In this document: one piece after another, positions 56,455-64,000 of the stretch
Layout: every line of letters starts with the position of its first letter
Numbering within the stretch: the first letter of the stretch is position 1
DNA from: Dehalococcoidia bacterium
Lineage (GTDB): Bacteria > Chloroflexota > Dehalococcoidia > Lucifugimonadales > UBA3495
DNA: 64,000 bases
Direction: 5' to 3'
Assembly (NCBI GenBank): GCA_965249145.1
Contig: OZ252223.1
Coordinates: forward strand, 1,673,757 to 1,737,756
Translations under genes and position numbers: made by a program
The notes under the pieces: generated by a model
Told to the model about the DNA's origin: nothing
Databases searched by the model: none
The model's input: only the letters and a program-made list of their open reading frames with translations

Positions 56455-56701
56455 ACCTGAGCTACGTCACCCTGCGGGACCACGCCTTCGAGGTGACGGG
56501 AGGTCAGGTGGTGAACGCCCAGCGGTGGAGCGGCCCGGCAACATCCGCTGGCGAACCACCGTTAGGCCCCACTCGGACGCCGCCGTAACGGTGGTTCTGC
56601 CCCCGACGGAGGACTGCGACGCGCAGGGAGCCGTCCGCACGGGCAACGGCGGGGAGCTGTCCAATAAGGTGGAGTTGACCGTCGCCGGGCCGGACGGGTA
56701 G
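56455..56701 (+). pseudogene. frameshifted 3' remnant of a secreted repeat-protein gene
   Basis: Frame a gives LSYVTLRDHAFEVTGGQVVNAQR. Frame b gives NIRWRTTVRPHSDAAVTVVLPPTEDCDAQGAVRTGNGGELSNKVELTVAGP. No start codon or N-terminal part. Confidence 0.3.
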
Positions 56702-56832
56702 GCCCACCACTTTACCTGCGCGCATTTGCGCGATGCTCTCCCGTAGAGCGCAACCGAGGGCTGAGAAGGCCGTCCGGTGTTCGGGCTCTCCTCGATACCA
56801 TCGGCCGTTCTTCTTTGGCCACCCACTCTGCC

Positions 56833-56864
56833 TTAATTCTGTCCAACTAACCGGGTCCACCTCA
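56833..56864 (+). repeat. 32-bp direct repeat, copy 2
   Basis: TTAATTCTGTCCAACTAACCGGGTCCACCTCA. In this copy TCTGTCCAA (56839-56847) can also pair with TTGGACAGA (56867-56875). Confidence 0.85.
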
Positions 56865-56986
56865 CTTTGGACAGACACCCCAGTTTGATGACACCTCGAG
56901 AACTGGCCCGCGTCCTCAGGAAATGAGAACTCAGGAGCGGGGGGCAAAACCCCCATCGCACATATATTTTGGACCGAAACTAAGAC

Positions 56987-57015
56987 TTGACTCTTGCCTT
57001 CTGGCTACATATAAT
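56987..57015 (+). promoter_or_regulatory. near-consensus sigma70 promoter upstream of the 23S rRNA gene
   Basis: TTGACT (56987-56992), exactly 17 nt, then TATAAT (57010-57015). An A/T-rich stretch (CATATATTTT) lies upstream. Confidence 0.6.
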
Positions 57016-57234
57016 CATTCCTTGCAAGAGGTAAGGCATCGGCTTGATGGAAATGGTCACCTGAAATAACAAGCTTCCTCAGGGATACCTGGACGGCGGT
57101 TCGGGAATACCCGGACCGCCGTTTCTCTTGTGGCACCTTAAAAAGAGAATAGGGAACAAACGAAGTCCTGCAATAACCGTAAGGACAACGGGTCCCGGCT
57201 GGAGCCGGGAAAAAAGTTTGGAGTTCCTTGCGTG

Positions 57235-60304
<3,070 letters not shown>

Positions 60305-60389
60305 ACGCAATGAATTTCAAACTTTGGCAGCACTTCTAAGTTCCCTGTTCTCTTCGCCAGCCCCGCGCCCGCAGGGTTGGCCGCAGCGT

Positions 60390-60464
60390 CGCGGGGTGGA
60401 GCAGTGGCAGCTCGTCGGGCTCATAACCCGAAGGTCGTTGGTTCGAGTCCAACCCCCGCTACCA
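60390..60464 (+). tRNA. initiator tRNA-Met (CAT)
   Basis: CGCGGGGTGGAGCAGTGGCAGCTCGTCGGGCTCATAACCCGAAGGTCGTTGGTTCGAGTCCAACCCCCGCTACCA. Nearly colinear with E. coli tRNA-fMet. Has three G-C pairs closing the anticodon stem, a 1:72 mismatch (C-U), and an encoded CCA. Confidence 0.9.
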
Positions 60465-60861
60465 AACCCCACATCTGGTAGACAAGCACCGATCACCTCC
60501 GCCGTGGCATATCGTTCCAGCCCAATCGCGCGATAGCCGAATTCAGGCCTTTCTGGTGGGGGAAGCATCTGCATTTCAAGCGATGTGGAACCCCGTGTGG
60601 GGGTCGTTATCCATAGCCGCCATGGGTTCCGGCACACTCCTTAGCGATTAGAGGCGCAACCCAAACCCCAACACACGGGTCCTTGATTTTGTTCAGTTCG
60701 GCGGGCCTAACGGCACTGTAGACCGAAAGTGGGTGATTAACCTGTAAGTGCGGCGCTACCATCGATTTCGTCGACCGTTCGGTAGTGAGAGACCGATTTT
60801 CCAGTGAGCCTTCCTTCCAGCACCCTCAAGTTCCTATGAGCCGTCTTGCAAGGTCTGCGCC

Positions 60862-61105
60862 TCACCCATCATGATATTGGGCAAAGTGGAGGAGGACGCC
60901 GGACGGGTCCCACACGAAAGTAACGAGAGCGCCGTAAGACTGCTCTTGTGGTTCGCGGACTCGGGTGTGCTGGTAACCACCGCCTTCTATTATTCTGGAC
61001 GCGTGTTTGAACCACGCCTGGGCGTCGTCCACTGGCTTATCCTACCACCTCTTGCGAATCGCCCGGGAACCGGGCATTTCCCGGAACTCGGTCAGGAAGC
61101 GACTG
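60862..61105 (-). pseudogene. VOC/glyoxalase-family remnant with an in-frame TAG
   Basis: Own translation: ..FLTEFREMPGSRAIRKRW*DKPVDDAQAWFKHASRIIEGGGYQHTRVREPQEQSYGALVTFVWDPSGVLLHFAQYHDG. The C-terminal half fits the VOC pattern. No start codon. Confidence 0.35.
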
Positions 61106-61329
61106 GATCATCGGAGTACCATAAGTGAAGACCGGGCCGGGACGGCCCTTCCTAGCTTTGGATGGTATGAACGCCGGGCTGCGTTACTGCCGGGAAAAGG
61201 TCGCGCGGTGGTGTTTGGTTTGACCCTAATTTTCCTGCTTGCTACACTCGGGCGACTAGCGAAGCTGTAGACCGCACTTGCCCGCTGGGTAGGCAACCGC
61301 CCAAGTTCCACAACCGGAGGAGGAGAGTT

Positions 61330-62232
61330 ATGCCAGTGGAAAAAGTACGCACTTTCTGGGAGAAAACCAGGGCAGAACTGGATGAAGTACCTATGAACGC
61401 CTCATTGGCGGAGGTGGAGGACGCCGACGTTCTCACCATGGAAGGTCGCATCAAGACGCGGACCATTTACCGGGTAGTCATGGCCAGCTTCCAAGGTGTC
61501 AACATAAGGGCCTGGTACACCCTGCCTACTGGGACGCCTCCAGCCACCGGTTGGCCCGCAATCATGGAAGTGCCTGGTTACGGTGGGACCATGCCCTTGC
61601 CGGCCCACCTTTCTCAATACGGCTATGCCACCCTGTCTTTGTACCCTAGAGGTCAAGGTGAGAGCTTGAAGGAGTGGGAGATTGAGACCGGCACAAGGGT
61701 GGTCTACAACCTGACCGACAAGGAGCGGTACTACTACCGAGGCGCCTACATGGACTGTGTCCGAGGAGTGGACTTTCTCGAGAGCCGCCCGGAGATCGAC
61801 TCCCAACGCATCGGAGTCTGGGGCTTTAGCCAGGGAGGCGGGCTTACCCTAGCGACGGCGTCGTTAGACCATCGAGTTACTGCGGCCGTAGCCGGTGTTC
61901 CGTGGCTATGCAACTTCCCGGTGGCCGCCACCGTCACCACCGCCCCCTACGTCGAACTCCACCATTGGCTGGAGGAACATCCCGACGACCGGGAACAGGC
62001 CATGTCTACGCTGACTTACTTCGATCAGCTAAGCTTGGCCGACGGTATCGACTGCCCCGTGCTGGTGGGTGGGTCCATAATCGATGAGGTACATCCATTG
62101 AGCACGGTTATGCCGGTATTCGAGAACATTCCCTCAATGAAATCCATCATCGTCTATCCCGACTTGGAGCACGAATACCGCACCGACTTCACCCACCACG
62201 GCAAGGCCTGGATGGACCGATACTTAAGATAG
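61330..62232 (+). CDS. acetylxylan esterase / cephalosporin-C deacetylase family (AXE1) alpha/beta hydrolase
   Basis: GGAGGAGGAG RBS. GFSQGGG nucleophile elbow and the YPDLEHE region. 300 aa. Confidence 0.85.
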   Translation: MPVEKVRTFWEKTRAELDEVPMNASLAEVEDADVLTMEGRIKTRTIYRVVMASFQGVNIRAWYTLPTGTPPATGWPAIMEVPGYGGTMPLPAHLSQYGYATLSLYPRGQGESLKEWEIETGTRVVYNLTDKERYYYRGAYMDCVRGVDFLESRPEIDSQRIGVWGFSQGGGLTLATASLDHRVTAAVAGVPWLCNFPVAATVTTAPYVELHHWLEEHPDDREQAMSTLTYFDQLSLADGIDCPVLVGGSIIDEVHPLSTVMPVFENIPSMKSIIVYPDLEHEYRTDFTHHGKAWMDRYLR

Positions 62233-62553
62233 CAGCCGCTGGTGCGCACTACACTAAATGTAATAAGCAAGACCGAATCTGACACTCTTGGACCACGCTC
62301 GTGGACCGCAGATAAGCAGGAAGCATGATGGAGATAGGGGCACGATTATCGATGGTCCCGTATTCCCCTCCGGCTATAAACACTAAGGTCCAGTGGAGCG
62401 AGGGCTAGTTAGGTGTTCTGCACAAAACTGGACTCAGAGAGTGCCCAAGGCGACCCTAACGCTGTACGTGGGCGAGGGTAGCGTGAGTGGGCCGGAGCTC
62501 CGCCAGCCGCGCCCGCAACTTTGGGCAGCGGATAGTTCAGAGGAGGCCTAGCC

Positions 62554-63525
62554 GTGAAGTACGGAATCATGTTGCCTTCACGAGGCGACTTGGCCCGCCC
62601 CGACAACATTATCCCCATTGCCAAGAAGGCGGACGAGCTCGGCTTTGCAGTCATGATGTTTCCGGACCATATCGTCCTGCCCAATCAGGTTGATTCGCCC
62701 TACCCCTACACCCAGTCCGGCATTTTTCCGGCTACGGATACCAATGAGGCCACAGAGCAGCTAACTATGCTCGCCTTTCTGGCGGGTCAAACGGAGTCCA
62801 TAAGGCTAGTTACCAGCGTGATGATCGTGCCCCACCGGCCCCCCGTCCTCACCGCCAAGATACTGTCCACCATCGACATGCTGTCAAACGGCCGGGTAAC
62901 CGTGGGCGTCGGAGTTGGCTGGCTGCAAAAGGAGTTCGAAGCGCTGCAAACGCCGCCCTTCGAGGAACGAAGCGCGGTTACCGACGAATACATCCGGATA
63001 TTCAAAGAACTCTGGACCAGCGAGTCTCCGAGCTTTGAAGGAAAGTACTGTAGTTTTTCCGACCTGTCCTTCCTGCCCAAGCCGGTGCAGAAGCCGCATC
63101 CCCCCATCTGGGTGGGCGGCGAGAGCCGCCGGGCCCTGCGCCGCGCCGCCGAGCTAGGCGACGGTTGGCAACCGATCGGGACCAACAACCAGTTTCCTTT
63201 AGCTGCTCCAGAGCAGATCGCTGCTGCCATGAGAAGATTGGACCGGTACGTAGAACGAGCTGGCAGGCCCCAGGGTTCGGTGGAGGTTATATGCAGGATG
63301 CATGGTTATAACCTCGAGACCGACGGCGGAAGGCCTGACTCCCCCGACCGGCCAACCTTCACCGGCAGCGCCGGGCAGATAGCGTCGGACATTCGGCGGT
63401 ATGAGGAAATGGGAGCTAGCCACTTGATCGCCGCCTTCGTACCAGTCGCTCAATTGGCCAACAGTCAGGAAGAGATGGTCCGGGACATGGAGCTATTGGC
63501 CGATCAGGTCTGGCCCAAGGTGTGA
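62554..63525 (+). CDS. LLM-class F420-dependent oxidoreductase
   Basis: GTG start after GAGGAGG. MKYGIMLP.., DHIV and GRVTVGVGVGW motifs typical of the TIGR03619-like group. Confidence 0.85.
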   Translation: MKYGIMLPSRGDLARPDNIIPIAKKADELGFAVMMFPDHIVLPNQVDSPYPYTQSGIFPATDTNEATEQLTMLAFLAGQTESIRLVTSVMIVPHRPPVLTAKILSTIDMLSNGRVTVGVGVGWLQKEFEALQTPPFEERSAVTDEYIRIFKELWTSESPSFEGKYCSFSDLSFLPKPVQKPHPPIWVGGESRRALRRAAELGDGWQPIGTNNQFPLAAPEQIAAAMRRLDRYVERAGRPQGSVEVICRMHGYNLETDGGRPDSPDRPTFTGSAGQIASDIRRYEEMGASHLIAAFVPVAQLANSQEEMVRDMELLADQVWPKV

Positions 63526-63583
63526 CCTTGGTTCGTTCGGGACGCCGCTCCAACGTGCCTGGTCTCGGGGTGCTAGTCCTTGA

Positions 63584-63892
63584 TAGTGCCTCGCGTATTG
63601 CATCCAAGTCCGCCAAAATCACTTCGCCCCGGTCCCTGGAGCCCTGCGCCACGATGTCGGCTTCCGCCTCTTCCCGCTCGGTAAGCTCGGCGCCCTCGAT
63701 TCGGGAATTCGCTGCGGCTTCCAGTCTCGGTTGTTCTTCCTGAATCTGCTCGACCCATTGCGAAATAAATGGGAGTTCGCTGAGGAGCCGGGCCGCCGCC
63801 TTTGCTTCGACCAAGGGAACCAAAATCTCGGCCGGGTCATACCGGACCGACTGGACGGGTTGGATGTAGCGGCTGATTGACTCCGTGCTCAT
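63584..63892 (-). pseudogene. Fic-family N-terminal domain fragment
   Basis: ORF 63416..63892. The first ~100 aa fit Fic_N (..LEAAANSRIEGAELT..). No HPFxxGNGR core follows, and the ORF tail is read-through overlapping the convergent LLM gene. Confidence 0.4.
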
Positions 63893-64000
63893 ACGAAGCC
63901 GAGTTTCGCCTCGTTTACATTTCGTTTCTCGAATTTAGCTACAATTCTATCAGTCGATCCCGATTTCATTTCGCCCCCGCTTCCACCTCGGTTTCCGTTC

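Noticed and set aside
56866-57070. Open frame running through the rRNA promoter and leader (FGQTPQFDDTSRTGPRPQEMRTQERGAKPP...).
   Set aside because: It has no start or RBS, and it overlaps the consensus promoter and leader hairpins. Judged non-coding.
60491-60505. GATCACCTCC, identical to the 16S rRNA 3' terminal anti-Shine-Dalgarno sequence.
   Set aside because: It is an isolated 10-mer downstream of the tRNA. No 16S sequence precedes it.
60540-60650. Minus-strand stretch GGCGGCTATGGATAACGACCCCCACACGGGGTTCC..., vaguely reminiscent of a 5S rRNA 5' half.
   Set aside because: It lacks the conserved CCGAAC...GAAGTTAAGC loop sequences and has no helix I closing pairing. It is also on the strand opposite to the 23S gene. 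Judged to be chance similarity, though an Infernal scan would settle it.
60871-61128. 85-aa plus-strand ORF in the ORF track.
   Set aside because: The opposite strand carries a recognisable VOC-family remnant over the same bases. The plus-strand product has no motif or RBS.

Overview
High-G+C bacterial chromosomal segment (spot counts of single 60-nt lines give about 63% G+C in core genes). The core is catabolic and housekeeping. It holds five amidohydrolase-2-type genes, including a tandem paralog pair, plus two LLM/F420-type oxidoreductases and a Gfo/Idh/MocA oxidoreductase. It also holds an SDR, a family-III CoA-transferase, enoyl-CoA hydratase with acyl-CoA dehydrogenase, and MmgE/PrpD. 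A three-subunit molybdenum hydroxylase (FAD / 2Fe-2S / Mo subunits), CoxG, an M20 amidohydrolase and a five-gene peptide-type ABC importer are present. Housekeeping genes are typA/bipA and hpt. Gene content and the rRNA arrangement suggest a Chloroflexota (SAR202-like) or related lineage, but that is inference only.

Notable items:
1. A hen1-pnkp RNA repair cassette.
2. A full-length tubulin/FtsZ-superfamily gene that looks like archaeal CetZ rather than FtsZ, preceded by an unannotated Cys-rich mini-ORF.
3. A lower-G+C accessory island (about 46.4-52.7 kb). It carries three tandem PH/GRAM-like small proteins, two membrane-anchored winged-helix proteins, a lipoprotein and a split HExxH protein. 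It abuts two IS elements, and most of it lies between a 32-bp direct repeat pair.
4. A 23S rRNA gene with its own consensus promoter, with no 16S upstream and no 5S downstream. It is followed by initiator tRNA-Met and carries a roughly 100-nt expansion in helix 45.
5. A decaying giant FG-GAP/FN3 adhesin gene, with an in-frame TGA, several frameshifts and an IS5 insertion.
6. A six-unit array of GTAAY motifs spaced exactly 11 bp apart in a divergent intergenic region.

No CRISPR array was seen. Many long ORFs in the six-frame track are antisense or alternate-frame artefacts of high G+C and were not called. All homology statements come from reading the translations and from memory of the families. 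No searches were run.
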